A DNA stretch of 64,000 nucleotides, taken from Chiloscyllium plagiosum (Eukaryota). Where the stretch lies: the NCBI RefSeq assembly GCF_004010195.1, contig NC_057716.1, positions 47,039,867 to 47,103,866 on the forward strand, read 5' to 3'. The notes below the pieces were generated by a model. It did not search any database. It was given only the letters and a program-made list of their open reading frames with translations, and was not told the DNA's origin. Position numbers and translations under genes: made by a program. Positions 14,960 through 27,780 of the stretch are shown piece after piece; within the stretch, counting starts at the first letter, position 1, and every line of letters starts with the position of its first letter.

Positions 14960-15750
14960 AAATCTGTGAAATTACAAGGCTGTTGACTTTCCTGTATTTG
15001 GGTATTGTCATGGCAAGAAATTGAACTTACGATCCAAGTCAATGTCATTCAGTTTATGTACATTGATACATTCATTGTAGCGTTGAGATTTTCTAACTCA
15101 TAATAGTGAAAATTACTGATTACTGGATGAATTCTGCCAGTCACATGAAATTTAATGGACAGACAGACTCTGAAATTAAGTGAATTAAATGTCTTTTTCA
15201 TGCAAAAATAATTATTTATTCAACCTACCAACAATTTATGCACCTTAAGCAGTGTAACAATTGTGTAGTGTGTTTGTCACCACCAAAAGGAAATGTTAAT
15301 TTGCCATTTCAGGTCTATTGAAAAGGTTTAACAAAAGCCATGATAAACTAATTACTGGAAATTGATTTATAGGAGCATATTGGAGTTATTTAAAATAAAA
15401 GCCATTGGTGTTTTGCATTGGAGTAGTGTGTTTTCTCTCTGCATGGATAATTAATTCTGGCAATCAAAGCAAAAATAATTTATATCACATACTGTCAAAG
15501 GATGGCTGTGCATTACTTTGATAGTTACTATGTTTTAGTTTACATTGTACTCATTTCAATTTCTTACTCAATGTTGGTTACCATTTGTTTAAGTGTTTTA
15601 AACTGATAAATGATTAGCAGAAATAATGATCTCATTTGCCATAATTGCATTAAAATGTGGTTAACATTTAATTTTTGTACTTAATATGCAAAACTTTCCA
15701 CTAGATTTGCAATAGAAGCCATTGAGGTGCCATCATTACAAGAATAAAAA
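14960..15750. promoter_or_regulatory. Candidate conserved non-coding element / developmental enhancer
   Basis: TE-free block dense in TAAT/ATTA, TTTAT and ACAAT/ATTGT motifs (e.g. ctaattactggaaattgatttatagg, ggataattaattctgg). Vertebrate OLA1 introns are known to host highly conserved elements. Conservation not tested. Confidence 0.4.
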
Positions 15751-16449
15751 TTGCAAGCACCATTTATTCAGGGAAGAAAAGGACCTGGTATAGATCACAA
15801 CTTAGTATGTTTTTGAATAATGGGACATCAGGCCTCACTATGCCATTCACCATTAGTGTCTTTGTCTGAATAATTATTGCAGTCAACTACAAATTTAAAT
15901 GTTGAATTATAAGGCCTTGGATGCTCTTGCAAAGTGATTTATGAGAAATGTTAGACTTCAGAATGTGATGGGAAGTTGTCTAAGGATAATGCAGTTACAA
16001 ACATCTTTGAATAAATTATGTGCATATTAGAAGATGTTTTCCCAATGGTACAGTGTGAAGATTTAGCCTGCTGACTTCTACCTTTTTCACAGTCCAAGTT
16101 CAACAGAAGGATGTAAAAACTGTTAAAGAATTACCACAATGCAGGGCCATAATCAGGGAGTTCATATTACATAATGAAAAATGATACACATCATTTGAAT
16201 CTACCTATTCCATAGTTGAGCCCAAGAATCCAGAGGATTATGAATGGAGTATGCATTATACTTGCTTTGCAGTGAATTGAAGAGTCAAATTAAATTTTAT
16301 TAGAGTATTGTGGAAGATTGGTTAAAGTTGATGTGAGAAATATGCAAAAACTGCCTTTTACAATTACATGTTAGTTCCACTATACACTTTAAAGCTTTCA
16401 TAGATTTTTTTACCATTTTATACCACAGAAAACAAAACAAGTTGATGGA

Positions 16450-17290
16450 ATGTATGTTCAGTGAACAGATCGGTAGGAAGTAGGTTCGAACTGAAAGTTG
16501 CAGTAGTGATGTGTTGAGGGTTTGTAGCTGTTAGGAAGATTGTCAGAAAGTTTGAGAATGGTAGCAATGGATTAGACATCAAAATTTGAAGAGTAGTAGG
16601 GATATGGGAGCTCTGAGGGTTAATCAAGATATTTAAGAAGACTTGGGAAAAGTGTGGACAGGAATTTGAAGGACTGGTAAAGATACTTTTAGTAAAGACA
16701 CACAAAAGATTAGCATGAAAGTATAGAAAGTAATTATGGAGAGAAATGGCCCTTAGCCTTTATTGCAGGTTATTGGAACATAAGAGTAAGTTATATTTTG
16801 TTGCAACATATAGGATTTTCATTTCCAAACCTAAGGGAGGATACATTTACCTTGGAGGCAGAACAGTGAAGATTCACGAAATTGGATCTCAGCGTGAGAG
16901 CATTGTCCTTTTGAGAGGCTAAGTTAATGGAGTCTGTTGTTATTTAAGAGGGTTATTAGGAAATAATTTCATTGAAACATACAAAGTCTGAAGGGGTTTT
17001 GTCAGAGTAGGTAAGAGAGGTTGTATCTCCTGCCTGGGGATTTCAGAGTACAATTAGAGCCTCAGATTAAGGGTTGATCGCTTAGGACTGGAAAGAGAAA
17101 TATCTCTTCCAAGAAAGGTTGTGCATGTTCCACTGCTCAGTATATTTAAAGCTGCAATTGTCGAATTTTTGGGTGTCTTCAAATCGAATGATTTGGCGAA
17201 GTGGACAGAAAAGTGAAGTGAAGTGTAGTTGAAATATCCAACATGAGCAATTGACTAGTGGAGCAAGTTCAAGAGGCCATATGAACTAAT
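16450..17290 (+). mobile_element. Highly decayed CR1 3' part
   Basis: Collinear with better-preserved CR1 copies at 26830-27780 and 46630-47770. Confidence 0.6.
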
Positions 17291-17859
17291 ATGATATCAA
17301 GTGGTCTGCTATGATCTGCAACATCCATATGATCTACTGTCGCAACTGACCTGATGATTTGGAGTTCAACCTAAAATCATAGAATGATTGCAGCATAGAA
17401 GGAGGTAATTTGCAATATTGAATCATAAAGACTGTCCACAAAAGCACCTTCACTAATCTGCTCCCTGCCCATTCTCCAGAATACTAACTTTTTTAACCTG
17501 GAGGGGTTAGCCATTTTTTCTTCTCTTTTCAAAACAGTGAGTGATTTCAAGTTTCTACTTTTTTTACATAATTTTTGGTTCTTTGGCAGGTACCCTCCCA
17601 CAAGAATGAAAGATGGGACAAACCAATCCAAAGCCATTTCAGTGATGACTGTGATAGGAAAAAAGATAGAAAAAAATGGTGCACATGACAGATGTTGGGT
17701 AGACAGTAAGTTCAGAGAAAATGTGGAAAAAGAACTTAAGTGAGTTACGAGAAGAGACAGGTAGCTAACATGAAAGAAATCCAGTACTCTTTTATCGGCA
17801 TATAAATAGTAAAAAGAATGGGGTTGATTAGGGATCGAAGCAGGGACATTGCACTGTCA

Positions 17860-18015
17860 GAGATGTTGTATTTTGGATGAGACATTAGATTGGGGACCCA
17901 TCTACCTGCTGTACTGATGTAAATGATCCCCAGTACATGATCAGTTATAAAGCGCTTTGAGACATCTAGCGGCCTTGAAAAGGGCTACATAAGTGCAAAT
18001 ATTTTGCTTTGTTTT
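17860..18015 (+). mobile_element. Old SINE remnant with L2-like tail (DeuSINE/SacSINE-like); similar remnant at about 640-732
   Basis: aaagcgctttgagacat...ctacataagtgcaa resembles the L2-type 3' tail of these SINEs. Recalled similarity, not searched. Confidence 0.45.
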
Positions 18016-19016
18016 GTATGACGATGATTCCTGAGTGTAAGATTCTTAGCGAAGCATTGCAGTAGGCCTTTGGATAAAACTGGAATAAAAAAGTGTAAAG
18101 GAAAGAATATTTTGTAGATGACCATGTGTCTTGGTAGTTTGCTGAAGACATTAACTTCAAGATTTACAATAAATGGGCATGAATTATTCTTGAAGTCAGC
18201 TGAAGTGTGCCTGAGAAAATTACAATTGCATTTCAGTTGAAAAAGCTAAGGCACCATTACATTAATGTATATACCACATTTTGCAATAATTTTGAATGGA
18301 GGAATTAACAGTAATAATGTATTTGTAAGAATCTTTATTAAAATATTTAATTGTTTGAAAATTATTGTAGGTTGAGAATACTGTGCATTGCTATGGTGTT
18401 TAGTATAGCATCAAAGAAAATCTTATCTATTAATACTTGGACATTTTGAATGTATATCCAGTACATTGCACATTTGGACACACTTCATTTATGACTATTT
18501 TGTCACTCCTCAATTACTAACTATCACCTAACCTTCTCATAGTCAGACAGCACAGAAGAGGTCCTTTGGTATATTGAATCTGTGCCGACCTATTTGCATC
18601 ACTCAACAGGTTAGCCTTGAATGTCGTGACATTTCAAATGCTCATCCACATACTTTTTCAAGATTGTGTGGTTTCCAGCATAAATTATCCTCCTAGATAG
18701 TGCATTCCAGATCCTTACCATCCTCTGGGCGAAAAGTGTTTTCTTCAGATCTTCTCCAAAGCTTTTTGTGAAGATCTGTAGCTCACGTTATGTTTGAAGT
18801 TGTTGGTCGGTTTGCCGAACGGGTTGATTTTTTTTATTTTTGCAAACATTTTGTCTCCCTCCTGAGTGACGTCTTCAGTGCTGTGTAGCCTCTGGATGAA
18901 GTGCTGTCATTGTGATCTGCCCTGAATTTATACAGTTCTTTGCAAGGTTTGTGAAGGTTTGTAGCTCAGGTTGAGGTTTAGGTGTAGGTTTGCTCGCTGA
19001 GCTGTAGGTCTGATAT

Positions 19017-19056
19017 CCAGACATTTCTTTACCTGGCTAGGTAACATCATCAGTGG
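19017..19056 (-). ncRNA. Hammerhead ribozyme copy (family D), mutated
   Basis: Reverse complement is CCA-CUGAUGA-U-GUUACCUAGCCAGGUAAA-GAAAU-GUC-UGG, two substitutions relative to 20002-20041. Confidence 0.7.
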
Positions 19057-20001
19057 CGACTTCCAAGTGAAGTAAAGCTGTTGTCTCCTGCTTTCTATTT
19101 ATATGTTTGTCCTGGATGGGGTTCCTGGGGTTTGTGGTGATGTCATTTCCTGTTCATTTTCTGAGGGGTTGATAGATGGTATTTTGATCTATGTGTTTGT
19201 TTATGGCGTTGTGGTTGGAGTACCAGGCCTCTAGGAATTCTCTGGCATGTCTTTGCTTAGCCTGTCCCAGGATAGATGTGTGGTCCCAGTCAAATTGGTT
19301 GTTTTTTTCATCCATGTGTAGGACTATGAGGGAGAGAGGGTCATGTCTTTTTGTGGCTAGCTGGTGTTCGTGTATCCTGGTGGCTAACTTTCTTCCTGTT
19401 TGTCCTACGTAGTGTTTGTGGCAGTCCTTGCATGGAATTTTGTAGATGACCTTGGTTTTGTCTATGAGTTGTACTGGGTCTTCTAAGTTTGTTAGTTTTT
19501 GTTTGAGAGTGTTGATGGGTTTGTGTGCTACTAGGATTCCTGGCTGTCATTTCTGAGACTTCTTTGATGTATGGTAAGGTGGTTAGGGTTTCTGGCTGTG
19601 TTAGGTCTGCTTGTTGTGGTTTGTTCCTGAGGAATCTGCGGATTGTATTTTTTGAGTATCCGTTCTTCTTGAATACATCGTATAGGTGGTTCTCCTCTGT
19701 TTTCTGAAGTTCGTCTGTGCTGCAGTGTGTGGTGGCTTGTTGGAATAGTGTTCTGATACAGCTTCATTTGTGTGTGTGTGTTGGGATGGTTGCTCGTGTA
19801 GTTAAGTATTTGCCAGAGAATTTTTAGAGGCCTGGCACTCCAACCACAACGCCATAAACAAACACATAGATCTAGATACCATCTATCAACCCCTCAGAAA
19901 ACGAACAGGAAATGACATCACCACAAACCCCAGGAACCCCATCCAGGACAAATATGTAAATAAAAAGCAGGAGACAACAGCTTCGCTTCACCTGGAGGTC
20001 G

Positions 20002-20041
20002 CCACTGATGATGTTACCTAGCCAGGTAATGAAACGTCTGG
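20002..20041 (+). ncRNA. Minimal type I hammerhead ribozyme (PLE family D), intact core
   Basis: CCA-CUGAUGA-U-[GUUACCU AGCC AGGUAAU]-GAAAC-GUC-UGG: core boxes, 7-bp stem II, 3-bp stem I and palindromic ACGU stem III. Confidence 0.85.
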
Positions 20042-21159
20042 ATATCAAACCTACAGCTCAACGAGCAAACCTACACCCTTATACAGTTCTATCTGTTGTG
20101 ATGGGTTGTTCTACTTCCGGTTTTGTATTTCGTGGTCTGTAGGTGGCGTCTATTTCAATGTGTTGATTTATGGAGCCAGTGGATGAATAACAGGCCTTTG
20201 TCTTTGTTTAGCCTGTCCCAGTATCATAATGGTACCAGTTGAATTGGTGTCCTTCATTGTCAATGTGTATTGATATGAGGGAGGACTGGTCCTGTCATTA
20301 TATTGTAAACTGATGGTCTTGTATTCAGGTGGTGAGTTTCCTACCCGTTTGTCCTATGTAATGTTTCTTGCAGTTGCTGCATGCTATTTTATGTATCACA
20401 TTCATCCTGCGTGCTGTGGGAATGGGGTCTTTTGTCCTGGTTAGTAGCTGGTGAAGTGTGGCTGTTGGTTTGTGTGCTGTTATTATTCCCAGACGACATG
20501 GAAGTCTCGTTGTTAGTTCTGAGACATTTCTAATATAGAGTAGGGTGGCCAGTGTGTTGGGGAGCACAGTGTTTTCCTGTTGTTGTTTGTAAGTTAGACA
20601 TTGGCGAATGAAGCTGATAGGGTACTTTTTATTGATAAAGACTTTGCATAAGTGTTCTTTATTGCGGAGTTCTGGGGTGTTCGTGTGCTATGGTTCGTTT
20701 AAACAGGGTCTTGACACAGTGTCAGCGCTTCACCCAGAGGCAACACAGCATGGAAGATGTCACCCAGGAGTGAGCCGAAGCGTTTACAAGAAAATCAATC
20801 AACCAACAGTTTCTTCTCTAAAGTTCCTGTCTTTCACCATAAAACTATACCTCCTCATCACTGCCCCTTCAACTAAGGGGAACAACTGCTTCCTATCCAT
20901 CCTGTCCATGTCCTTCATAATCTTATCCACCTCAGTCAGGGTCCCCTAGTTTTTTGTGCAAGAAAATAATTGGAGCCCATCCAGCCTCTCTTCATAGCTA
21001 AAATATTCTGTCCTATGCAGTATCCTGATGAGTCTTCTCTGCACCCTGACTAATACAATCACTTTCTTCTTATTCTGCATCTGTTTACCACACTTATTCA
21101 ATTTTGCCACTTTTGTAAATCCTGACTTGTGAACAAGATATTCTTTAACTTCATGACAT

Positions 21160-22165
21160 AAATGATTTTGAGGAAGGTATAGGTGGTTTGATTAGCAAGC
21201 TTGCAGATTATGCTAAGATTGGTGAAGTGGCAGATAGTGAAGGAGACTGTCAGAGAATACAGCAGAATATAGATAGATAGATTGGAGAGTTGGGCAGAGA
21301 AATGGCAGGTGGAGTTCAATCCAGGCAAATGCAAGGTGATGCATTTTGGAAGATCGAATTCATGAATGAACTATACAGTAAATGGAAAGGTCCTGGGGAA
21401 AATTGATGTACAGAGGGATCTGGGTGTTCAGGTCCATTGTACCCTGAATATGGCAACGCAGGTCAATAGAGTGGTCAAAAAGGCGTGCTTTCCTTCATTG
21501 GACGTGGCACTGAGTTCAACAGTTGGCAGGTCATCTTACAGTTGTATAAGACTTTGGTTCAGCCACATGTGGAATACTGCGTACAGTTCTGGTCACCACA
21601 TTACCAAAAGGATGCTGATGCTTTGGAGAGGGTGCAGAGGAGGTTCACCAGGATGTCGCCTGGTATGGAGGGTGCTAGCTATGAAAAGAGTTTGAGTAGA
21701 TTAGGATTATTGTCATTAGAAAAACAGAGGTTGAGTTGGGACCTGATTGAAGTCAACAAAATCATGAGAGGTATAGACAGGGTGGATAACAAACTTTTTC
21801 CCAAAGTGGGGGACTCCATTACTAGGGGTCACAATTACTAGGGATCACGAGTTCCAAATGAGAGGGGAAAAGTTTTGGGGCGATATGCATGGAAAGTTCT
21901 TTACGTAGAGGGTGGTGGGTGCCTGGGACGCGCTGCTAGCGGAGGTGGTAGAGGCGGGTACAATAGCATCATTTAAGACGTATCTAGACAAATATGTGAA
22001 TGGGCAGGGAGCAGAGGGATCAAGGCCTTTAGAAAATAGGCAACAGGTTTAGATAGAGGATCTGGATTGGTACAGACTTGGAGGGCCGAAGGGCCTGTTC
22101 CTGTGCTGTAATTTCTTTTTGCCGAAGGGCCTGTTCCTGTGCTGTAATTTCTTTTTGTTCTTTAC
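21160..22165 (+). mobile_element. CR1 LINE 3' kilobase
   Basis: ORF 21485 reads LQLYKTLVQPHVEYCVQFWSPHYQKDADALERVQRRFTRM; typical 3' tail. Confidence 0.92.
22085..22156 (+). repeat. 36-bp perfect tandem duplication of the CR1 3' terminus
   Basis: gccgaagggcctgttcctgtgctgtaatttcttttt x2. Confidence 0.95.
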
Positions 22166-23046
22166 AACTCTCAACTTGATTCAAGCTTGACTTTGGCCAA
22201 CTGAGCAGTAAACAAAAATGTGACCCACCTCTGATTCTAACTAATGAGCCAAATATCTTAATAAATGAATTGTTCTGTTATTTTTCTTTTTAGTTTGTTC
22301 CTACTTTACCATATTGTAATTCTGCAGCTGATGATCTAAATCATCTATAATATTCTGAGTGCCTTTTCTCCCTTTGCTTTATGTTCTTGTTATTTCCTTC
22401 ACGATGAGTATTATTTTCTTCCTTTTCTTGTCCATCAATTCTCTGTAGCTAATGAAAATTGTATTATGTAACATACAAACAAATATGACGTTATAAAATT
22501 TAAGATTTAATTTTCCACAATAATATTAGGAAACCTATTTAAAATTATCTTTGCAATCATTTTGTTACTCAGTCAGCCTTCTGTAAATATGAGCTATGGT
22601 TTGATATCTTTGTCTGGAATAGTCAATAATCTTAAGCGAAGATTAATCTGTGATCTGAGCACTTGTATATAGTTTCTGTAGGTGCATCAGTAGCATTTAA
22701 TTACCCAGAGCTGTCAGGATATTATTTTCTTCGGTGTCTCACTTTACTTGGATTGTGCTTGTTTTTAAACATGATATGGAAATAGAAGTAAGTGAATAAA
22801 TTTTAAAAGTTTTTTAATTTATTAAATCTTGTGTTTTTATACAAATATTTAAGCAACGGCTTACTGTATGAAGATGTAAAAATTGTAGAAGCTATCAGAT
22901 CCACTTTAAATGTTTTCAAAACTGTAGTAGCTTTTTTGCATGAATTATAAATATTTTCTTTAGAAACATACAATATAGGAGTAGGCCATTTGGCCCCATG
23001 ACCCTGCTCCGCCATTTGTTTTGATAATGGCTGATCCTCCAACTCA

Positions 23047-23180
23047 AAAGCCCTTCCAGATGAAGGGCTTTTGCCCGAAACGTCGATTTTACTGCTCCTC
23101 GGATGCTGCCTGAACTGCTGTGCTCTTCCAGCACCACTAATCCAGAATCTGGTATCCAGCATCTGCAATCATTGTTTTTA
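23047..23180 (+). mobile_element. Short PLE 3' end (family A) with mutated HHR and a tiny local inversion, inserted in a CR1 3' end
   Basis: C(A)GAUGA-A-GGGC UUUU GCCC-GAAAC-GUC at 23057-23084; 3' end ttgtttttacct; TSD cctccaactca (23036-23046 / 23181-23191). Confidence 0.85.
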
Positions 23181-26100
23181 CCTCCAACTCAGTAGCCTGT
23201 TCCTGTTTTTCCCTCATTCTTTGATCCCTCTAGTCCAAGGTGTTATGTCCAACTCTGTTTTGAAATCATACAATGTTTTAATTTTGACTGCTTTCTGGCG
23301 AATTCTGTAGGCCTCACCACTGGGTGAAGAAATTTCACCTTGTCTCAATCCTAAATGGTTGACCATGTATCCTTAGACTGTGGTCCTTGGTTCTGTATTT
23401 CTCTGCCATCAGGGATATCTTTTCTGCATCTACCCTTTCTGGTCCGGTTAGAATTTTATAGGTTGCTAAGAAATCCACTCTCATTCTTCTGAACTCCAGC
23501 AAACATAATCCTAACAGTCTCAACCACTCCTCACATGTCAGTCCTGCCATCCCAGGAAGCAGTCTGGTAAAGCTTTGTTGCACTCCTGCTATAGAAAGAA
23601 CATCCATCCTTAGATAAGGAGACCAAAACTGCACACATTATTCCAGGTGTGGTCTCAGAAGACCTTGTATAATTGCAGCAAGACATCCCTGCTCCTGTGC
23701 TCGAATCTTCTTGCTATGAAGGCCAACATACCAATTTGCTGCCTTGATGATCTACTTACCATCAACAACTGGTGTATGAGGACCCCCAGGTCTAATTGCA
23801 TATTATTCGCTTTGAACTTACCTGCCGCCTTGCTTTTTCCCCAAAGTGGATAACTTCACATTCATCCACATTATGCTGCATCTGCCATGCGTTTGTCCAC
23901 TCACTCAGCTTGCCCAAATTACATTGAAGTGTCTCTGTACCTTCCTCAAATATCACCCTCACACATAGATCTGTATTATTTGCAGATCTAAAACAGTAAA
24001 ATTGAACAGAGAATACTTCAGAACAGTACAGGCCGTTCAGTCCTCGATGTTGTGCTGACCTTTTATCCTACTCTAAGATGAAACTAATCTACACATCCAA
24101 CATGTGCCTATCCAAGAGTCACTTAGATGTCCTTAATGTATCTGACTCTACTACCACTGCTGGCAGTGCATTCCACGCATCCACCACTCTGTGTAAAGAA
24201 CTTACCTGTGACATTTCCCCTAAACCTTCATCCAATCAGCTTAAAATTATGCCCCTTCATGATAGCCATTTCTGCCCTGGAAAGAACTGTCTGGCTATCC
24301 ACTCCATCTATGCCTCTCATCATCTTGTACACCTCTATCAAGTCACTTCGCATCCTTCTTTGCACTAGTGAGAAAAGCCCTAGCTCCTTCAACCTTTCTT
24401 CATAAGGCATGCCCTCCAGTCCAGGCAGCATCCTGGTAAATCTCCTCTGCACCCTCTCGAAACCTTCCACATCCTTCCTATAATGAGGCAACCAGAAGTG
24501 GACACAATATTCCAAGTGTGGTCTAAACAGAGCTTTGCAGAACTGCAGCATAACCTAGCGGCTTTAAACTCAATCCCCCTGCTAATGAAAACCAATACAC
24601 CATATGCCGCCCTAACAACCCTATCAACTTGGGTGGCAACTTTGAGGGATCTACGGGCATGGACATGTTCTTCCATACTGCCAAGAATCCTGCCTTTAAC
24701 CCTATATTCTGCATTCAAATTCGACCTTCCAAAATGAATTACTTCACACTTTTCCAGGTTGAACTCCATCTGCCACTTCTCAGCCCAACTCTGCATCCTG
24801 TTAATATCCCGTTGCAACCTACCGCAGCCCTCTATACTACCCACAACAACACCAACCTTCGTGTCATCAGCAAACTTACTAACCCACCGTTCCACTTCCT
24901 CACCAAGTCATTTATAAAAATCACAAGGAGAAATATATATTGTGTAAATCTGGGGTCCCTGCTCTGATCCATGCAGTACCCCAATAGTCAATGCCTACCA
25001 TTTGGAGAAAGACCCATTCACTTCCTACCTGCCAACCTGCTTTCTATCCATCTCAAAATACTACCCCAATTCCATGTGTTCTAATTTTACCCACTAACAT
25101 CTTATTTGTCCATACCCTTCTGTAAATCCAAATAAGCCACGTTCACTCATTCCTCCACCTTAACTTTACGAATTACCATCCTCAAAATTACAGCAGATTT
25201 GTCAAGCTTGATTTCCCTTCTCTAAAGCCATGTCTGTCTGATTCTGTCATTGTCTTCCAAGTGCTCAGCTGTTAAATCTTAACTTTTTCCTCACCCTGAT
25301 GTCAAGCTGGTCTCTTTGTGTCCCTTTTCAAATTTAGAGATTACATTAGCTACCCTCCAGTCTGTAAGAACTGGTTCAGAACTTTAGAATCTTGGAAGAT
25401 GACCACCAATGCATCCACTAGTTCTTGGTCCACTTCCTTAAGTTTTCTGATTATTGAGTCATGAGGTTTCACTCTCCTTCAATCCTATCAATCTCCCCCA
25501 ATAGCATTTCTGTATTTATACTGGTAACCTTCCTTTCAGTGAACCATATATTGCTCAACATTTCTGCTATGTTATTTGTGTCCTCATTTGTAAGCACCAA
25601 ACAAAGATATGCATTTAGTTGGTCAGTAATTTCTTTGTTCCTCATTATAAGCTTTCTTGTTCCTGACTGGATGGGATCTACTTTTGTCTTCTTCATTTTC
25701 CTCTTCATATCTATACAGAAGGTTTTAGTCAGTTTTTTTGTTGTTTCCTACAAGCTTACTCTATTTTTTTTCTTTCTTAATCAATCCTTTTGTCCTCCTT
25801 TGCTGAATTCTAACTGCTCCCACCCCTCGGGTCTGTTGCTTCTTTCTGGCCAATTTGTATGCCTCTTCCTTGGATATAATGCTATCTCTAATTTCCTTTG
25901 TAAGCCATTAGTATGGCCACCTTTTCCATTTACTTTTGCACCAGACAATGTCCCCCAGTGTCATGCCTCCTTTCGCGTCATGTAATCTTCTCTATTTGGA
26001 TCCAGGATCCTAGTCTCAATCAGCTATGCCACTCTCCACTTTAAAGAGGAATTCTATCATACGATGGTTGTTCATCCCCAAGGGGTCCCATGTGACTTGA

Positions 26101-26285
26101 TTGGCAAATATACCTTTCTAATTACATGATACCTCGTCTGGGATGGCCAGTTCTCTAATTGGTTCCTCAACGCATTGGTCCAGAAAACCATCCCGTGTAC
26201 ACTCCAGAAATTCCGCCTTGATGGTATTGTTGTGAATTTGATTTGCTAAATCAATATGCAGATTAAAGCCACCTATAATTACAGA

Positions 26286-26466
26286 CATGATTCGGAGATG
26301 CCGGTGTTAGACTGGGGTGTACAAAGTTAAAAATCACACAACACCCGGTTATAGTCCAGTAGGTTTAATTGGAAACACACTAGCTTTCGGAGATACGCTC
26401 CGAAAGCTAGTGTGCTTCCAATTAAACCTGTTGGACTATAACCTGGTGTTGTGTGATTTTTAACTT
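26286..26466 (-). mobile_element. Short fold-back PLE insertion (family C)
   Basis: Arms 26324-26392 and 26398-26466; unpaired tail 26286-26323; TSD tataattacaga (26274-26285 / 26467-26478). Same sequence as the 3' end of the element at 49734-50653. Confidence 0.88.
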
Positions 26467-26829
26467 TATAATTACAGATGTTTCTTTATTTCAGTTTGGG
26501 GAGAGGAATCTGTCCAACCCCCCACTATTATTTCTTTTCCCTTGGAGTTTCTTAGTTCTGCTCATACAGATTCAACAACATCAGAACTAATATCCTTCCT
26601 CACTATTGAGTTAATTTCCTCCTTAACCAGCAATGTAACTCTACTGCCTTCTCATTTTTGTCTGTCATTACCAAATACTGAACATCTCTGGATATTTAGT
26701 TCCCATCCTTTATCACGCTGCATCCATGCCTCTGTAATCATAACCTGTTTGATCCTGGCCTTTGATTTCTCTGCCTATCACTTTTCGTGTTATAATTCTG
26801 AATTTTATTCTTTCCTCTTACTCCTTGCA

Positions 26830-27780
26830 GTGTATATTTACAATAAGTTGTAATGACTTGGAAGAAGGAAGGGAATGTACTGTAGCCAAATTTGCAGATG
26901 ACACAAAAATAGATGGAAAGCCAAGTGGTGAGAGGGATGCAAATGGTTTAGAGAGATAGTGACATTTAAGGCAGCAAAAAGTTGGAAAATGGACTGTAAT
27001 GAAGGAAAATGTGAAGTTGTTCATTTTGGAAGGAAGAACAAAAGAACAGTATCATTTAAATGGAGAGAAGCTGCAGATAGCTGAACGCAAAGGGATTTGG
27101 GCATGCTTGTGCATGAAACACAAAGTTAGCAGACAGGTGCAGCAGGTAATCAGGAAGGCCAATGGAATGCTGGCCTTCATTTCAAGGAGATTGGAGTATA
27201 ACAGCAGGGAAGTCTTACTGCAACAAGTTAAGATGCTGATGACACCACATCTAGAGTACTGTGAGTTTTGGGCTCCTTTTTAAGGAAAGATATTTAATTG
27301 GACACCATTCTGAGAAAGTTCACTAGAATTATCTCTGGTATAGTGGGATAATCGGTTGAGACTCCACTGATTGGAATGTAGAAAAATGGGGGGTGATCTC
27401 ATTGAAATATATAGGATTCTAAGGGGTTTGACAAGATAAACGCTGAAATGATGTTTCCCCTCATGAGAGAGTCTAGGACCAGAGGGCATAGCCTTAGAAA
27501 AAAAGGGGTACCAAATTAAGACTGAGATCAGAATTTTCTTCTGAGGGTTGAGTGTCTTTCGAACTTCTTGCCACAAGAGCTATGGGGACAGAATCCTTGT
27601 TTATTTGAAGGCTGAGTTAGATTCTTGATTACTAGAGGAATTAAGGGTTATATGGAAAGGCAGGAAATTGGGCATGAGTGTTGGATTAGCCATGATCCTT
27701 TTGCATGGTGGAGCAGACTTGAGGGGCCAAAAGGCCTACTCCTGTTTCTATTCCTTATGGTAATATGATCTTATGTGTAG
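26830..27780 (+). mobile_element. CR1 LINE 3' part
   Basis: AKFADDTKI and KANGMLAFISR...PHLEYC motifs; 3' tail. Confidence 0.9.

Larger units (their letters stand above)
18940..20078 (-). mobile_element. Younger Penelope-like element (family D) with about 267-bp inverted arm, nested in the older PLE
   Basis: Minus strand encodes KVIYKIPCKDCHKHYVGQTGRKLATRIHEHQLA. 19812-20078 is the reverse complement of about 18980-19246. TSD ttatacagttct (18928-18939 / 20079-20090). Confidence 0.92.
18762..20811 (-). mobile_element. Older Penelope-like element (GIY-YIG region) with short inverted arm at about 20725-20811, inserted in a CR1
   Basis: ORF 20325-20567 (-) reads NVIHKIACSNCKKHYIGQTGRKL (GIY-YIG). 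TSD tcttctccaaag (18750-18761) / tcttctctaaag (20812-20823). Degenerate HHRs at about 18842-18881 (-) and 20745-20788 (+). Confidence 0.8.
22960..26810 (-). mobile_element. Long decayed CR1 hosting a younger CR1 (about 24005-24930, -) and two PLE insertions
   Basis: ORFs 23335, 24228, 24389 (SKFADDTK) and 25469. The host RT sequence resumes after 24930. Confidence 0.85.

Noticed and set aside
17354-17364. atgatttggag matching the family C terminus
   Set aside because: Only 11 nt with no clear TSD; likely chance.
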